A stretch of 64,000 nt of DNA from sequence record SRR31156797_3857; one strand, 5' to 3'. A model generated the notes under the pieces. That model was not told the origin of the DNA. It saw nothing but the letters and a program-made list of their open reading frames with translations, and did not search any database. Both the position numbers and the translations under genes were made by a program. Positions 62,623-64,000 of the stretch are shown here, piece after piece (positions within the stretch are counted from its first letter, which is position 1; each line of letters opens with the position of its first letter).

Positions 62623-63008
62623 CTTAGTCCCCTTGAAAAGTGTAAATTTCTGTTCATTTCTCTACGCTGACTTAAATAAGAGAAACGACAAATAGCAAAA
62701 CGTTCCGTCTGTAAAACACAGATACGGAATAACGGGCCATCTTTTTTTGATAGCAATTAACTAAAACAGAGGATCAAGGTTCTGTAATGCTGCTGTTTTC
62801 ATAAACAGGGCATTCTGGAAGTACAAAGCTGATTACTGGTTGTAGTTTAAATGAATTCAATGTTGGGTTTCCCATTAATATGCTGTTCCCACAGCATTAA
62901 GTATCCCGTCTATCAACAAAAAGGTTTTGCTGATACCTACCCTACGTAATGTCACAATCAGCCTGAATGGTCATTACGCGTATCCCCCAGAAACTCAGTC
63001 CGAGATTG
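62623..63008 (-). ncRNA. Structured 5' leader of the norspermidine operon (candidate DABA-DC-AT RNA motif)
   Basis: Several helices read by eye; location matches the Vibrionaceae cis-regulatory motif as I recall it; not confirmed with a covariance model. Confidence 0.55.
62774..62875 (-). CDS. Putative leader peptide (uORF), 33 aa
   Basis: Hand-translated: MGNPTLNSFKLQPVISFVLPECPVYENSSITEP, ending CCT TGA. Confidence 0.4.
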   Translation of the reverse strand: MGNPTLNSFKLQPVISFVLPECPVYENSSITEP

Positions 63009-63014
63009 GAGCGG

Positions 63015-63044
63015 AAATTAACATAAACTTGATAGTTTTAGCAA
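63015..63044 (-). promoter_or_regulatory. Putative sigma70 promoter of the norspermidine operon leader
   Basis: TTGCTA-N18-TAATTT with an extended TG and a GC-rich discriminator. Confidence 0.5.
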
Positions 63045-63125
63045 TAAAAAATTGAATAAGAATATCGATCTTTCTTACAAAAAGAACATGCAACTGTGAA
63101 GGATTGTTCGGTATATAAACGATAC

Positions 63126-63157
63126 AAAAAAGAAAGCCCTTGCATGGCAAGGGCTTT
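63126..63157 (-). terminator. Terminator after the adhesin gene
   Basis: AAAGCCCTTGC/GCAAGGGCTTT followed by CTTTTTT on the minus strand. Confidence 0.88.
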
Positions 63158-63180
63158 GAGCTGAGTAGTAATAATTGCTG

Positions 63181-63999
63181 TTAAACTGGTTCGTTAGTTT
63201 TCAGAACATCATTCAAAAATGCTGTAGCATCAAAGCCACCACCTGTATCATATAAACTCATATCGACATCTTCTATTACAACGACCTGCATCTCACCGTC
63301 ATTACTTTCGACCGACAACGTGACACTATCAGCATCATTGCCAACCTGTAGTTTTCCACTATCGAGCAATACTTCAATATCATCTGATGTTGAGTCTTCA
63401 GTCAGAATAGAACCGATTTCTAAGCTGTCCTTACCTACCTCGAAGTTTTTAACGGTATCAGTACTATTATCTAATACATTATCAAGCCAAATGAACACAT
63501 TAGCTTGTTCATCGCCTTCTAATGTTTCATTACCTAATGTAGCAGATACGTTGTTGGTCTCCTCATCAGGTGAGATTGTTTGATTCACATAATCTAAAGT
63601 TACCGTTTTCTCTTCGCTTTCAGCTCCCATTGAGTCAACAACGTAATAGGTAAAATTCTGGTCTTCATCAACTGCAGGCTCTTCACCTCCAAAGCTACTA
63701 ACCACATAATTCGAACCCGTAGTAGTTGTTGTAAAATCAACTCCAACAATCGTTGTACCATCATCGGCCTTATAACTGATAGTCAAAGTATTTGTAGCCT
63801 CATCATAATAAGTACCTTCACTATCTGTTGTGTATTGCATTTCAACAGTAGTTGGTTCAGTCTCTCCATCGGCTAAAACACTGAAGTAAACGGTAGCACC
63901 ATGTTCGGATGGGTTTATGCCCTGCAAACTAAAAGTTACAGTCTCAAGTTCATTTTCAGAAAGGTTAACAGACAAGGTTTCGAATTTATTGATCCCCCC
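63181..63999 (-). CDS. C-terminal part of a large acidic T1SS-secreted (RTX/adhesin-like) protein; 5' end outside the window
   Basis: Frame stays open to the window edge; FTYYVVDS.G Ig/cadherin-like end; ANVFIW...DTVKNFEVGKDSLEI type I secretion target-like motif; D/E/T-rich. Confidence 0.75.
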   Translation of the reverse strand, partial: GGINKFETLSVNLSENELETVTFSLQGINPSEHGATVYFSVLADGETEPTTVEMQYTTDSEGTYYDEATNTLTISYKADDGTTIVGVDFTTTTTGSNYVVSSFGGEEPAVDEDQNFTYYVVDSMGAESEEKTVTLDYVNQTISPDEETNNVSATLGNETLEGDEQANVFIWLDNVLDNSTDTVKNFEVGKDSLEIGSILTEDSTSDDIEVLLDSGKLQVGNDADSVTLSVESNDGEMQVVVIEDVDMSLYDTGGGFDATAFLNDVLKTNEPV

Positions 64000-64000
64000 A

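Noticed and set aside
1205-63583. Numerous 60-144 aa ORFs overlapping or antisense to well-supported genes (e.g. 1205-1471, 6456-6890, 34390-34728, 37632-38036, 58159-58485)
   Set aside because: Shadow frames of real genes with no motifs or RBS support
1-64000. CRISPR arrays, integron attC/VCR arrays, tRNA/rRNA genes, IS elements, prophage or defence genes
   Set aside because: No regularly spaced repeats, cloverleaf motifs or matching proteins seen by eye; short or degenerate elements could have been missed without software

Overview
Core chromosomal segment of a Vibrio-like gammaproteobacterium, inferred from gene content and order (fumarase-pabB-nudL-sdaC-sdaA, asnS/aspC, BCCT-cosR, ycbLKB, irpA-ribA, gyrA-ubiG-nrdAB-yfaE, and the fused DABA aminotransferase/decarboxylase norspermidine operon). 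It holds about 47 protein-coding genes. I found no rRNA, tRNA, CRISPR array, transposase, integrase or phage genes. Accessory-looking parts are a MacAB-OMF pump, an fdhD-LysR-FdhF/YdeP module, small orphan genes near asnS and gyrA, and the 3' end of a T1SS-type adhesin at the right edge. Most of the signal not explained by the ORF track is non-coding. (1) A ~385-nt structured leader precedes the norspermidine operon, with an unannotated 33-codon uORF ending in Pro-UGA and a downstream attenuator-like hairpin. (2) A REP-like dumbbell plus a terminator-like hairpin sit inside the same operon. (3) A Zur box and a sigma32 promoter both point at ribA. (4) Two mirror-identical FNR boxes lie in the LysR/FdhF divergent promoter. 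(5) PmrA/QseB-, CpxR-, Fur-, NrdR- and DnaA-type boxes are present. (6) A 55-aa ORF was missed by the track. All functional calls come from motifs read by eye and recalled family knowledge; no database search or folding program was run.
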